From the NCBI GenBank assembly GCA_023246655.1, contig JAHFHX010000002.1, positions 31,693 through 95,692 of the forward strand: a stretch of 64,000 nucleotides of DNA. The letters are read 5' to 3'. The notes below the pieces were generated by a model. It was not told where the DNA came from and made no database searches. It saw only the letters and a list, made by a program, of their open reading frames with translations. Below, piece after piece: positions 41,662 through 52,190 of this stretch. The stretch comes from Candidatus Magasanikiibacteriota bacterium (GTDB lineage Bacteria; Patescibacteriota; Patescibacteriia; Magasanikbacterales; GWA2-37-8). A program made the position numbers and the translations under genes. Each line of letters begins with the position of its first letter. Positions within the stretch are counted from its first letter, which is position 1.

Positions 41662-41982
41662 TTAAATATTCTTCTCCATCATCGCCTTTAATTTCTCTTT
41701 CTGTGTGCCGCCAATAAATTGATCGACCATTTGTCCGCCTTTAAAGATAAGGAAGGTTGGAATACTCATCACATTAAATTGTCCGGCGGTATTTGGGTTC
41801 TCATCTACATTGAGTTTGCCAATTTTAATATTTTTGCCAGCCATTTCTTTAGCCAGTTCCTCTACAATTGGCCCCATCATGCGGCACGGGCCGCACCAGG
41901 GTGCCCAGAAATCGACGAATACAGGTTTGTCAGACTTTAATACTTCTTGGTCAAAATTTTGGTCGGTTAAAATTAGCTCCAT
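41662..41982 (-). CDS. trxA: Thioredoxin
   Basis: [14 protein letters not shown]. Confidence 0.97.
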   Translation of the reverse strand: MELILTDQNFDQEVLKSDKPVFVDFWAPWCGPCRMMGPIVEELAKEMAGKNIKIGKLNVDENPNTAGQFNVMSIPTFLIFKGGQMVDQFIGGTQKEKLKAMMEKNI

Positions 41983-41999
41983 ATGTTTAATTTTAGGAT

Positions 42000-42082
42000 T
42001 ACACGAATGGGCCTTGAGGCCCCACGAATAACACGGATACAATTGTATTCGCACGATTCGTGGCGCCGCAGCGCATTCGTGT
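42000..42082. repeat. Inverted CACGAAT-type repeat array
   Basis: cacgaat units followed by attcgtg units. Confidence 0.65.
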
Positions 42083-44103
42083 TATCCCAATATCAACTTC
42101 TTCTCTTTTGTTTCTTCCTTATACGCCTCGAGTACATCACCAACTTCTAATTTTAACTTGCCCTCAAATTGTAATCCACATTCGCTGCCGCCTGGCACTT
42201 CATTCATAGTTTGTTTGCCAATTTGGAGCTGGCTGATTTTACCGCGACCAATGAGCTCATTCCCGCGTTTTACCCGCACCAAAATATTTTTGTAGAGTTT
42301 ACCAGATTCCACGCGGCCACCCACTACCATAAGATTTTTTTCGGTTCGGAAAATAGCAACCAATTTAAAGTTACCAAGTTCAGTTGTTATTACCTCGGGC
42401 ACTAAGAGCTTTTCCATCTCGGCCTTTACCATATCCAGGAGGTTGTAAATGATGTGATATTGTTCAAAATGGGTATGAGCGGTTTGGATCATCTCCTGAG
42501 ATACCGGAGTAGTAGACACATTAAAACCTACCAAAATAGCATTCGCCGTTTGCGCTAGGGAGACATCGTCTGCCGATATATTGCCAAGACCTTTGCCAAC
42601 AACTTTGACACCAACTTCTTCATGCTTAAGATTGGCCAACGAACCCAAAATTGCCTCCAGCGAACCAAGCGCATCGGCTTTAATGAGGAGATTCAACCAT
42701 TTCTTCTTTTCTTCGCCCTCAGTGGTTTCGGCTGGTACGGACACTGTGGATTTTTCGGCACCGGTCTGCTCGGAACGTTTACTGCGGACATCAACTTTTC
42801 CGGCCGATTCGGCTTTACCAACATCAAGCACATCACCAACCCGGGGGGCAATTTTAAAACCAAGAATACGAGCCGGGCAGCTTGGTGGTGCTTCGGCAAT
42901 TGATTCACCGCGATGGTTTTTAAGCGCCTTCACTTTGCCATAAATTTCCCCGTTGATGACCAACGGATCGTTCGTATGAAGAGTCCCTGTTTGCACTAAA
43001 ATAGTGGCAACTGGTCCGGCTGCTTTATCCACATGTGCTTCAATTACGGTGCCCGCGGCTGCTCGATTGGGGTTGGCTTTAATGCTTTCCCCCCGCACTT
43101 CGGCCACCACCAGCAAGGTGTCGAGTAGCTTATCAATATTTTTATTTTCTTTCGCGGAAATTTCTACCACCGGCACATCCCCGCCCCAATCTTCGGAAAT
43201 AATATCGTGCTGTCCCAAGTCGCTCCTCACACGCTGCACATCAGCGCCGGGTTTATCAATTTTGTTAATAGCAACAACAAACGGAAGCTTAGCAGCTTTA
43301 ATAATATTTATCGCTTCCACTGTCTGGGGCTTCACACTGTCATCAGCTGCAACAACCAGAATGGCAATATCCGCCACTTTGGCACCGCGACTACGCATAA
43401 CGGTAAAGGCTTCGTGGCCTGGTGTATCAATAAATGTTAATGGACTATTGGCTTTTGTTTTTGGATTTTTCCAAATTACTTGATAGGCACCAATGTGCTG
43501 AGTAATGCCACCGGCTTCACCTTCCATAACGTTGGTGTGGCGAATGGCGTCGAGCAATCGCGTTTTGCCATGATCAACATGGCCCATTACTACAATCACA
43601 GGCGGCCGTGCCGATCCACCTTCGGCCGCAAGCGCGGTGGCCAAATCCTGCACGTGTGATGTTGTTTCCACACTCTCCCCACTTGCTTTTTCTTCCTCCA
43701 CTCCAAAACCTAATTCCTCAGCAATAAGCATGGCGGTGTCATGATCAATATTTTCATTCTGCGCTGCCAAAATACCATTTTTCATTAGTTCCACAATCAG
43801 TTTGTTGATCGGAATTTGCAATCGATCGGCCAGCTCGCGTACCGTCAATACCGCGGGAATCATTACTTTGGCACCACTGGCCTTACGCGCTTCTTTTTCT
43901 AGTTCTCGCTGTTTAACTTTTTCGGTTTGCTCGCGCTGCTCGAGCACAAATTTAATGCGGCGCCAATCTTTTTGGATTTGTTGCCCTACCCGATCATCAA
44001 TTTTTACTGCCTTTGCGCCAATATCAAAACCAAACTCAGGCAAAATTTGCAAAAGCTTTACAGGATGGATGCGGAGTTGGCGAGCGAGTTCGGAGACATT
44101 CAT
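42082..44103 (-). CDS. infB: Translation initiation factor IF-2
   Basis: MGHVDHGKT, GGITQHIGAY, DTPGHEAF, NKID. Confidence 0.98.
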   Translation of the reverse strand: MNVSELARQLRIHPVKLLQILPEFGFDIGAKAVKIDDRVGQQIQKDWRRIKFVLEQREQTEKVKQRELEKEARKASGAKVMIPAVLTVRELADRLQIPINKLIVELMKNGILAAQNENIDHDTAMLIAEELGFGVEEEKASGESVETTSHVQDLATALAAEGGSARPPVIVVMGHVDHGKTRLLDAIRHTNVMEGEAGGITQHIGAYQVIWKNPKTKANSPLTFIDTPGHEAFTVMRSRGAKVADIAILVVAADDSVKPQTVEAINIIKAAKLPFVVAINKIDKPGADVQRVRSDLGQHDIISEDWGGDVPVVEISAKENKNIDKLLDTLLVVAEVRGESIKANPNRAAAGTVIEAHVDKAAGPVATILVQTGTLHTNDPLVINGEIYGKVKALKNHRGESIAEAPPSCPARILGFKIAPRVGDVLDVGKAESAGKVDVRSKRSEQTGAEKSTVSVPAETTEGEEKKKWLNLLIKADALGSLEAILGSLANLKHEEVGVKVVGKGLGNISADDVSLAQTANAILVGFNVSTTPVSQEMIQTAHTHFEQYHIIYNLLDMVKAEMEKLLVPEVITTELGNFKLVAIFRTEKNLMVVGGRVESGKLYKNILVRVKRGNELIGRGKISQLQIGKQTMNEVPGGSECGLQFEGKLKLEVGDVLEAYKEETKEKKLILG

Positions 44104-44116
44104 AAATATAAACAAA

Positions 44117-44220
44117 ATCCAGATATACGGATGCATCCGGATTGCGGATATACGGATATAGTGTTTATCCGGATCGTGATTGGTATCCGTAGATCTGGAT
44201 AGATCTGTAGATCCGGATTT
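44117..44220. repeat. Inverted CGGAT/ATCCG repeat array in infB leader
   Basis: tacggat units followed by atccg(g/t)a units. Confidence 0.7.
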
Positions 44221-44345
44221 GATTTCATTAGTATACAAGAAAAAATTAAATTGGTCAATTATTGATTTTTTGATTGACAAAACCTGTTGTATCTGCTAAA
44301 CTCCGGCTATCTTCCTGGTGGAAGAAAAGAGACAAGGAGACCCAA

Positions 44346-44717
44346 ATGAGCCGTTTCGCCAAGTTTCTCAGCCTTCTCTTCCGCGCCTTTCTCGCCCTCT
44401 TCTTGAAGGCAAAAGAAAGGCCGGTCCTCATCATCGGGTCGCGGTGCTGGCGCATGCACCCCCGGTGTTTCGGGATGCGCTTCCTCGCGCCGCTGTGCCG
44501 CAGCACCGCGGCTGGGCTCGCCGGCTACAGCGTGCAGGAGCAAGATCTGCCGGCGGGGGCAACGCAGCAACCCATCTTCAGCCTGGCTGGGTTCGCCTGG
44601 CAGGGAGACATCAGCGCTGTGCGGACTGTACTCCCGCACCTGCCGGAACAAATCCAGCACGACCTCGCCAAGCTCATGATGCAGCGGCTCGCCGTCGAGG
44701 CCTCGCCGATGCAGTAG
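44346..44717 (+). CDS. GC-rich hypothetical protein
   Basis: AAGGAG SD; TTGACA-17-TAAACT promoter at 44274. Confidence 0.6.
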   Translation: MSRFAKFLSLLFRAFLALFLKAKERPVLIIGSRCWRMHPRCFGMRFLAPLCRSTAAGLAGYSVQEQDLPAGATQQPIFSLAGFAWQGDISAVRTVLPHLPEQIQHDLAKLMMQRLAVEASPMQ

Positions 44718-45013
44718 GCCCCGATTCGTGGGGCAACGCAGACAACCGCACCTACGCGGCTCGTCTCGGACTATGTCCTTGATGGCGAGCCGCTTCCCAA
44801 ATTCCGTACAACGGATTTTTTTGTTTTTAAGACCCACCTAATCTAAGAGGGTTTATCCACACTGGACAAAATCACAGAAATGATGTAGGGTGATGGGTGG
44901 TTCTTTTTTGTTTGTTAAAACAAACCCGAGCGACTATTGTGCTGAGAAACCTATTTATCAGCAGACTGGTCGCCCGGTTTTTGTGGGGCGATACTTGAAC
45001 GGAGGTCTAAGCG

Positions 45014-45208
45014 ATGCGAAACCCCCAGGCGGGCCCCAAAGGGCCCAACAACAGCAACCTCCAGCAACAGGGCGGCAAACGGCGGTTCGAACCGCCGCCC
45101 CGGGACATCTCGGCGCCCGCTCAGCGCCGCTTCGGCAACGGCGACGCCGGCCACCAGGCCTGGCGGACGACCGTTCGGCGGGCCGGCAGCCCGCAGAAGG
45201 GGGGCTAG
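45014..45208 (+). CDS. GC-rich small basic protein
   Basis: GGAGG SD before ATG. Confidence 0.45.
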   Translation: MRNPQAGPKGPNNSNLQQQGGKRRFEPPPRDISAPAQRRFGNGDAGHQAWRTTVRRAGSPQKGG

Positions 45209-45212
45209 GACC

Positions 45213-45347
45213 ATGGACGCAGAAGAACGACCGAAGAGCTGCTGCCCGACGGACGAGGAGCTCATGGCGCTGATGCCTGCGCTCCTGCTCCAGCGAAAGC
45301 TGGACCTCACCCTCAAGAGCGTTCGGCTCCCGCCGCCCGCCCGCTGA
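45213..45347 (+). CDS. GC-rich 44-aa peptide
   Basis: Manual translation MDAEERPKSCCPTDEELMALMP...; follows previous stop, GC3-rich codons. Confidence 0.4.
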   Translation: MDAEERPKSCCPTDEELMALMPALLLQRKLDLTLKSVRLPPPAR

Positions 45348-45642
45348 ACGCGGCCCGGCCAACCTGCTGCAACTCCCCGCCCCCCCCCCGCGATCGCGCC
45401 CACTACAACGATCTCGCCTGGCCGAAGTGACCGCTGCACGCGTGTCCACGGCCAGGCCACCCAATTCAGGCTTAGGTCTGTTTTTTTATTTCAATCCCAG
45501 CATTCAATTGTTATATTATCTCCGTATTGATACAGTATATTTCATAGCGATCTCACACAACAACAAATGTTGTACTAATCATAAGTGAGACAGAGATTCC
45601 TTGCTATGGCTAGGAATGATAATTAAATGCAGCCAATAATAT

Positions 45643-46317
45643 ATGTTCTTGTTCATAAATAAACCTACCGGTTGGACTAGTTTTGATGTAGTGGCGTATA
45701 TACGAAAGAGGGAAGTGGCGAAAATGCGACAACAAGGTGTGGAACGAGCAAAAATTCGCGTTGGCCATGCTGGAACCTTGGACCCGTTTGCTACCGGGCT
45801 CCTCATTATTGGGGTGGGGCGTGATACTACAAAACGACTGGACGAATTTAAAAAACTGCCAAAGACGTACGTGGCGACCATTCACCTGGGTGCGGTGAGT
45901 GATACGTATGACAAGACTGGAACCATACATGATATATACACATTGTATCGTGATAAACCACCATCGGAGCAACTGGTTTTAGAAATACTTCAAACATTTA
46001 AAGGTAAGCAAAGGCAAATCCCTCCAATGTATTCTGCTAAAAAAATAAATGGGCAACGGCTGTATACGCTGGCCCGGCAAGGGATAGAAATTGAACGTAA
46101 TCCGGTAGCTATTGAAATATATACTATAAAACTGGTAGAATATACATGGCCTTTTTTAAAAATTGAAGTGCAATGCTCAACAGGAACCTACATCCGGAGC
46201 CTCGCGCATGATATTGGACAAAAGTTAGGGGTGGGAGCATATTGCGAGGAATTAACACGTACAAAAATTGGCGAGTACGTTTTAAAGGATGCCGCAATAC
46301 TTAAAAAATTAATTTAA
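45643..46317 (+). CDS. truB: tRNA pseudouridine(55) synthase
   Basis: VGHAGTLDPFATG, PPMYSA, GTYIRSL. Confidence 0.97.
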   Translation: MFLFINKPTGWTSFDVVAYIRKREVAKMRQQGVERAKIRVGHAGTLDPFATGLLIIGVGRDTTKRLDEFKKLPKTYVATIHLGAVSDTYDKTGTIHDIYTLYRDKPPSEQLVLEILQTFKGKQRQIPPMYSAKKINGQRLYTLARQGIEIERNPVAIEIYTIKLVEYTWPFLKIEVQCSTGTYIRSLAHDIGQKLGVGAYCEELTRTKIGEYVLKDAAILKKLI

Positions 46318-46327
46318 ATAAATCTCT

Positions 46328-46792
46328 ATGCCAAGAATATCACCGTCTGAAAGACAGGCTGTTGATCCACAATGGATAATAAATCAAATTCAAGAAAAAG
46401 AAAAAAGGGAAAGAGAAGAAGCTGAACGCGATAATGAGCGACCACGTAAGTATATCTATGATGATGAACCACCTGCACCCCCTACTCCAGGGCCTGGGGA
46501 GACTTATGATGAACCGGCAGAATCTGATGATTCCACTGATCCTACTCTTCCTTCCGGAAAACGACGTCGGCCTGATCGGAAAAAGCCCGAAGAACCTGGA
46601 GGAAGTGGGGTTACTATTATTGAACGCCCTGACAGCCCTTCTGATGAAGATGCATTGCCCCCAACCGAGCCAGAACAACCGTTTGTTATTAAAATAGGAC
46701 CCCAGGTAGAAGATGGTGTGGTATCTGAAGATACGGGATTTGACAACGGCATAATATCTGATGGTAATGTAAAAATAATAGATGATAAATAA
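46328..46792 (+). CDS. Acidic, proline-rich hypothetical protein
   Basis: 154-aa ORF, low complexity. Confidence 0.65.
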   Translation: MPRISPSERQAVDPQWIINQIQEKEKREREEAERDNERPRKYIYDDEPPAPPTPGPGETYDEPAESDDSTDPTLPSGKRRRPDRKKPEEPGGSGVTIIERPDSPSDEDALPPTEPEQPFVIKIGPQVEDGVVSEDTGFDNGIISDGNVKIIDDK

Positions 46793-46865
46793 TGAATTGG
46801 CTTGAATTGAAATCCATATAACATATTTTGTTGACACAAGTCGGTTTTAATGCTACAGTAATCTC

Positions 46866-47134
46866 AGTGTTAACTATTAATCGATCTTTGAGGCTATTAC
46901 TCGCAGGAAAGATGCTAAAGTGAGCTTAACTGTTCGTTGTTTTTCACTTTATCTATGTTACCTAAGCACTTCGTGGAAACTTATCTTCAGGCTTCTTTAA
47001 GCCTTATTTTAAATTGTTCCCATACCTAAAGTGGCTTAGTTTTTCTTTCTTTTGCAGTGTCACTAGTTTATTGCTATTCTTAAAAATGAGAGTTGCAATG
47101 CTGCCCTGGCACATAACAAGTAATGTCCTCAGAT
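46866..47134 (+). ncRNA. Candidate structured RNA or long leader upstream of rny (possibly 6S-like)
   Basis: TTGACA-17-TACAGT promoter at 46831; terminal pairing GATCTTTGAGGCTATTACT / AGTAATGTCCTCAGATC plus nested stems. Confidence 0.5.
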
Positions 47135-47155
47135 CCATGGGGATTTTTTAATTAT

Positions 47156-48706
47156 ATGCTTGGAAATCTTAGTTTCATTGCTAAACTATTTATTGTCCTG
47201 GCCGCCGTGTTTGGTACCGGTGGCGCCGGAGTAGCCATTGGTTACTTTCTCCGTAAAAAAGTTGCCCAGGCTCAAGTTAATTCGTTGGAGGCAAAAGCGG
47301 AGCAAATTTTAATTGAGGCCAAAAATAAACAACAGGGCTTAATTCTTGATGCCCAAGGAAAGGCGGTACGACTTATTGAAAATGCTAAACAAGAAGAAGT
47401 GCGCCTGCGCCAAGATGTGCAAAGTGAAAAACAGCGTTTAGAACGACGCGAAAATGTTTTTGATCAAAAATTATTGGAGTTTCAAGATAAACAACAAAAA
47501 TTCCAAGAAAAGGTGGAGCGAGTCCAACAAGTGAAGCAGGAAATTGAACAGATCCGCGACCAACAAATTACCAAACTCCAAGAGGTTGCCTCCCTTACCC
47601 GAGAAGAAGCTAAAGAGCTGCTGTTGAAGCGCGTGGAGGAAAATAATAAAACTGACCTCATGGGCCGTATTATTAAATTGGATAAAGAAGCTACCGAGGT
47701 ATATGAAGAAAAAGCTCGCGAATTAGTGGTAGGAGCCTTGCACCGCTGCGCTTCTTCACATGCCGCCGAGAATACTTCGACCATGATTACTATCCCCAAC
47801 GAAGAAATGAAGGGGCGTATTATTGGTAAGGAAGGGCGGAACATTAAGACGATTGAAAAATTAACTGGCTGTGAAATTGTTATTGATGACAGCCCGGATT
47901 CCATTGTTATTTCTGGATTCTCCATGATTCGTCGCCAAATTGCCAAGCTGGCACTTGAAAAACTTATTGCCGATGGCCGTATTCAACCGGCGCGGATTGA
48001 AGAATTTGTGGACAAAGCTAAACAAGATCTGGCCCTTGATATTAAAAAAGCTGGAGAAGAAGCCTTATATAAAATGGGCATTACGGGCATTGATCCAAAA
48101 CTCGTCAACATTGTTGGCCGGTTAAAATTCCGCACCAGCTACGGACAGAATGTTATTAACCATTCGATGGAAGTAGGGTACCTGTCTGCCCTCTTGGCCG
48201 AAGAACTTGGTCTTAACGCCACGCTCGCCAAAAAATGTGGATTCTTTCATGACATCGGCAAGGCGGTGGACCACGAAACCCAAGGTTCACACCCAGAGAT
48301 TGGCCATATGATTCTTAAAAAATTCAACATGGATGAGGATATTTGCCAAGCAGCCCTCACCCACCACCATGATAAACCATATAATGTCTACTCCTCGGTG
48401 GCCAAGGCAGCCGATGCGATTTCGGCTTCGCGGGTTGGTGCTCGACGCGATACCTATGAACAATATGTGGCTCGCCTGGAAGATTTAGAGCAAACCGCCA
48501 GTGGTTTTCCTGGAATTGAAAAAGTCTATGCTATTCAAGCTGGCCGAGAGGTTCGCGTGTTTGTGCGACCAAACGACGTTGACGATTACTCCGCCTTCCA
48601 ACTTGCTAAAGACATTGCCCATAAAATAGAACAGGAACTAAAATATCCCGGTGAAATTCGTGTTACCTTGATTCGAGAGACCAGAGTGGTGGAGTACGCC
48701 AAGTAA
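47156..48706 (+). CDS. rny: Ribonuclease Y
   Basis: N-terminal TM, coiled coil, KH motif MKGRIIGKEGRNI, HD domain HDIGK. Confidence 0.97.
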   Translation: MLGNLSFIAKLFIVLAAVFGTGGAGVAIGYFLRKKVAQAQVNSLEAKAEQILIEAKNKQQGLILDAQGKAVRLIENAKQEEVRLRQDVQSEKQRLERRENVFDQKLLEFQDKQQKFQEKVERVQQVKQEIEQIRDQQITKLQEVASLTREEAKELLLKRVEENNKTDLMGRIIKLDKEATEVYEEKARELVVGALHRCASSHAAENTSTMITIPNEEMKGRIIGKEGRNIKTIEKLTGCEIVIDDSPDSIVISGFSMIRRQIAKLALEKLIADGRIQPARIEEFVDKAKQDLALDIKKAGEEALYKMGITGIDPKLVNIVGRLKFRTSYGQNVINHSMEVGYLSALLAEELGLNATLAKKCGFFHDIGKAVDHETQGSHPEIGHMILKKFNMDEDICQAALTHHHDKPYNVYSSVAKAADAISASRVGARRDTYEQYVARLEDLEQTASGFPGIEKVYAIQAGREVRVFVRPNDVDDYSAFQLAKDIAHKIEQELKYPGEIRVTLIRETRVVEYAK

Positions 48707-48794
48707 AAGTCTGAAAGTTAAAAGTCCTTAAAGTCTATTAAAGTAATTAATTGGCGACTTTACGACTTTTGACTTTCAACTTTATGGACTTCAT
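48706..48794. repeat. Inverted AAAGT/ACTTT repeat array
   Basis: aaagtc/aaagtt units followed by gacttt units. Confidence 0.75.
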
Positions 48795-48913
48795 AAGGGT
48801 GTGGATAAGTGGTTTGTGCTAACTGTAGCTAAAAAATATAGAAGTGCTATAATTACTAACGTAAATTAGCCAAAAAAATTACTTTAGACTTTAATTAATT
48901 AAGTACGTTCACT

Positions 48914-49192
48914 ATGAACAAAGCTGAATTGGCGCAAGCCTTAGCAGAAAAGTTAAACGTCTCCAAACGAGAGGCAGAAGACATGCTTAACATGTTTGTA
49001 GACATGGTTACCGCTGAACTCAAAAAGGGTGGCGAGGTAGTTCTTACTGGTTTTGGCGCTTTCAGCGTCAAGGCTCGGGCCGCTCGCATGGGTGTTAATC
49101 CGCAGAATCCTTCCCAGAAAATACAAATTCCAGCTGTTAAGGTTCCAAAATTTAAAGCCGGCAAGGCGCTTAAGGATGCCTTGAAGGCATAG
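48914..49192 (+). CDS. hup: HU family DNA-binding protein
   Basis: MNKAEL, GFGAF, RAARMGVNPQ, PKFKAGKALK. Confidence 0.96.
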   Translation: MNKAELAQALAEKLNVSKREAEDMLNMFVDMVTAELKKGGEVVLTGFGAFSVKARAARMGVNPQNPSQKIQIPAVKVPKFKAGKALKDALKA

Positions 49193-49219
49193 GCGAAGTT
49201 CTTAGTTCACAAAAAATTA

Positions 49220-49250
49220 AAAACGATCCCGACTCAGTCGGGATCGTTTT
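49220..49250. terminator. Bidirectional terminator between HU genes
   Basis: AAAACGATCCCGAC-tca-GTCGGGATCGTTTT. Confidence 0.85.
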
Positions 49251-49273
49251 CTGTCTACTATGAACTAAGAACT

Positions 49274-49555
49274 TTACAGTACTGCCTCTTTCGCGGCCTT
49301 AGCGACACGGAATTTTACCACTGTCTTAGCGGGAATCTGAATTGAGGCGCCAGTTGCCGGGTTACGCCCCATGCGAGCCGCGCGGTGTACTTTTACCAAT
49401 TTGCCAAGACCTGGCAATACAAACACACCACTCTTTTTTACTTCCTTGTACGCCATTTCGACAACGGCGTCCATGAATCCCCCTACGTCTTTTTTGCTCA
49501 TGCCAGTTTTTTCTGCGAGCGCAGAAACAACGGCTGATTTAGTCATACCTGCCAT
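49274..49555 (-). CDS. HU family DNA-binding protein (second paralog)
   Basis: LPGLGKL, RAARMGRNPATG, VKFRVAK. Confidence 0.95.
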   Translation of the reverse strand: MAGMTKSAVVSALAEKTGMSKKDVGGFMDAVVEMAYKEVKKSGVFVLPGLGKLVKVHRAARMGRNPATGASIQIPAKTVVKFRVAKAAKEAVL

Positions 49556-49719
49556 ACGTTTTGTAGGCTTAAGAATAAAATGTTAATTAACGACCTGTGG
49601 ATAGTATACACCTTCTACCAAAAACATGCAATAATGGGCTGTTTTTGTTTGTGGAATTTGATATACTGCTATCACGTTTATCCTTATCCTCAAAGCTATA
49701 AATTACAGAATACCCGTTT

Positions 49720-49859
49720 TGTCATCCCGAGGAGCCTTCCGCCAAAGGCGGACACAGCGCGAGGCCTGCCCGCCTCTGGCGGGAGGGATCTCTCTGTCCG
49801 TCGTTGGTTGATTGAGACAGAGATTCCTCACCCCCTGTGACGGGGGATTCGGAATGACA
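49720..49859. repeat. Family A variant, intergenic
   Basis: TGTCATCCCGAGG...TTCGGAATGACA with nested hairpins. Confidence 0.9.
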
Positions 49860-49908
49860 ATTGATTTTTTTGATTCAAAGCTCTAAGGAGAGAGTATTGC
49901 TATAGCAT

Positions 49909-50853
49909 ATGTCTGAAAAACTTTCTCAACCACAAATCAACATTTTCCGCCGTACTATCTACTCCTACTACAAAAAATATGGTCGTATTTTGCCGTGGCG
50001 CCAGACGCATGACCCCTACAAAATTATAGTCTCGGAAATTATGCTCCAACAAACGCAGGTGGACAGGGTGATTCCAAAATATGAACGCTGGATAAAAATC
50101 TTTCCTGATTTTCTTACCCTCGCCAAGGCACCGCTTAAAAAAATACTAAAAGAATGGCGGGGTTTGGGGTATAATCGGCGGGCGATTAATTTAAAAAGGT
50201 TGGCGGAAATTATTGTGAGGGCGTATATCAATACGCCCCTACCGAATGACCCAAAAATCCTCGAAACGCTTCCTGGCATTGGACCACACACCGCCGGCTC
50301 AATTGCGGCATTTGCGTTTAACCAACCAGTGACGTTTATTGAGACGAATATTCGGACAGTCTTTATCCACTATTTTTTTCAAAGCGGACGAGCAAATTCC
50401 CCCCTCGAGGGGGGTAGTGGGGGTGTAAGACTGTTGCGTGGCCGTTTGTCCAACGGTTCGCAACGCAAAGGACTTACACCCCCCGGTGAGCCCCCCTCGA
50501 GGGGGGATTTGGTGAGTGACGCTGACATTATGCCCCTCGTGGAGCAAACCCTGGACCGTAAAGATCCCCGCCGTTGGTATAATGCGCTGATGGACTATGG
50601 GGTATATCTAAAAAAACTTCATAAAAATCCCAGCCGCCGTAGTGCGCATTATATAAAACAAAGCAAATTTGAAGGGTCGAATCGGCAATTACGGGGGATG
50701 ATTTTAAAATGTTTAGTTACTCACAGAAAAATGACTATTCGAGAAATAACATCTGAGATATCTGGAGATAAGGAGATGGTGGAAAAAAATCTGCAGCAAC
50801 TAACTGCAGAAGGATTTTTAAAAATTACTGGAAAAAAATACCAACTAAGCTAG
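49909..50853 (+). CDS. mutY: A/G-specific adenine glycosylase MutY-like (no Fe-S Cys motif) with in-frame insertion
   Basis: LPWR, VSEIMLQQTQV, GLGYNRRA, LPGIGPHTA, ALMDYG. Confidence 0.9.
   Translation: MSEKLSQPQINIFRRTIYSYYKKYGRILPWRQTHDPYKIIVSEIMLQQTQVDRVIPKYERWIKIFPDFLTLAKAPLKKILKEWRGLGYNRRAINLKRLAEIIVRAYINTPLPNDPKILETLPGIGPHTAGSIAAFAFNQPVTFIETNIRTVFIHYFFQSGRANSPLEGGSGGVRLLRGRLSNGSQRKGLTPPGEPPSRGDLVSDADIMPLVEQTLDRKDPRRWYNALMDYGVYLKKLHKNPSRRSAHYIKQSKFEGSNRQLRGMILKCLVTHRKMTIREITSEISGDKEMVEKNLQQLTAEGFLKITGKKYQLS
50396..50509. repeat. Family B element, in frame in mutY
   Basis: Two CCCCCCTCGAGGGGGG hairpins; GGGGGTGTAAG / CTTACACCCCC. Confidence 0.88.
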
Positions 50854-51857
50854 GCGATATGAGTGGTGGCTACATCTAAACCCAAGCGCTCTTCCAAATC
50901 ATACCGGCCATCGCCACCACCGAACATTTTGCCCTGAACAGCATCAAGGAAAAGTAAATAACGACGGGTCTCATCTTCAATTGAGAGCACTGTTGGACCA
51001 GCTAGCCGAAAATAGGGATTATGCAATTCTTTATCAGTTGCCGATAGGCGCCGGGAGTCTTCGTCAAATGCTTTCCAATGAGCCCGCAAGTGTGACGTAT
51101 CGGGTAGCTGGGAAGGTTCCCACCAAAAAGGAACGAGCAGATTGATATCGGCTTCGGCTTGAACGGCGTCGAGTGCTTCAAGCGTGCCGCGTTCAGCGGC
51201 ACGTTCTGTCACTTGCTCAGGGAGATCAAGTAATTCATATGCTCGATCAGGCGGTAATGATGGCAAATGTGGCAGAGCTCTCCGGATAGCCGCAACGGCA
51301 GGGGCAAGTTCCTCGTAAGGTTTGCCGCGAGCGTCCTCGGCGGACCAGTCATAATAGGTGGAAATAAGCGGGCGCCAGTTAAGCTCGCGGAACTGCTGTC
51401 CATGTCGCAGTTCATGCAAAAGATATGCTATCTCGAGCGGAGATTTTAATGGCGGAATAACAATTTCATCCCGGGGAGATTCACCCCATCCGGTTTGCTC
51501 TACAAGCGCATCGATAATTATTGAAATGTTATTGTGGTTAAACCTTTGCAAAAGATCATAAGTTTTAAAAGTCTGTGAATGAACCAACACCACAGCATCA
51601 AGTTGATGACCTTCATAGTGCCCAAGCGCTGGATCGTTTGATTCTACTGGAGTCGGCTCCTCCCGAATATCAACCATGGCCTGACAAATTGGTTCTCCGG
51701 TGTCGCGACGATATTCTCGTAGCTCTCGCCAACAGCGATACTCTTTACCTCGCTCGCCTTTGATTATAAGCTCTTTTTGAATCGGTTCTAAAGAAAAATC
51801 TCGTCGACTCGACTCATGGTGAAATAGGGCGGCCTGTTCGGCCATGCGGGAAGACAT
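50850..51857 (-). CDS. Hypothetical protein with HExxH motif
   Basis: LLHELRHG and downstream ERAAE. Confidence 0.6.
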   Translation of the reverse strand: MSSRMAEQAALFHHESSRRDFSLEPIQKELIIKGERGKEYRCWRELREYRRDTGEPICQAMVDIREEPTPVESNDPALGHYEGHQLDAVVLVHSQTFKTYDLLQRFNHNNISIIIDALVEQTGWGESPRDEIVIPPLKSPLEIAYLLHELRHGQQFRELNWRPLISTYYDWSAEDARGKPYEELAPAVAAIRRALPHLPSLPPDRAYELLDLPEQVTERAAERGTLEALDAVQAEADINLLVPFWWEPSQLPDTSHLRAHWKAFDEDSRRLSATDKELHNPYFRLAGPTVLSIEDETRRYLLFLDAVQGKMFGGGDGRYDLEERLGLDVATTHIA

Positions 51858-52051
51858 ATGAATAAATAATTTATGCAGCAGCTAAAAGACTTGAACTATT
51901 AAATCATAGAAATTATTTTCTGTAAATAAATCAAATCTTTCTTGACGATTGACTTTATTCTTAGATACGGTATACTATGGGCTATCAAATAATTTAAATT
52001 TTGGATATTATATTAGACATTAAAAATTAGTATCTTGAATTCTTTAACTAT

Positions 52052-52123
52052 GGCCCCATCGTCTAGTGGCTAGGACACCACGCTTTCAATGTGGTAACAC
52101 GAGTTCGATTCTCGTTGGGGCTA
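52052..52123 (+). tRNA. tRNA-Glu(TTC)
   Basis: GGCCCCA/TGGGGCT acceptor stem, CT-TTC-AA loop, GTTCGATT T-loop. Confidence 0.95.
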
Positions 52124-52190
52124 CGAGTATTAAAAAATAGCTAAAGATTAGCTATTTTTTAGATTTTGCGAATTTATTTTAATCAATTAG

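Noticed and set aside
44307-45464. Multiple long overlapping ORFs in GC-rich patches
   Set aside because: Expected from stop-codon scarcity at high GC; only SD-supported or coupled frames were kept.
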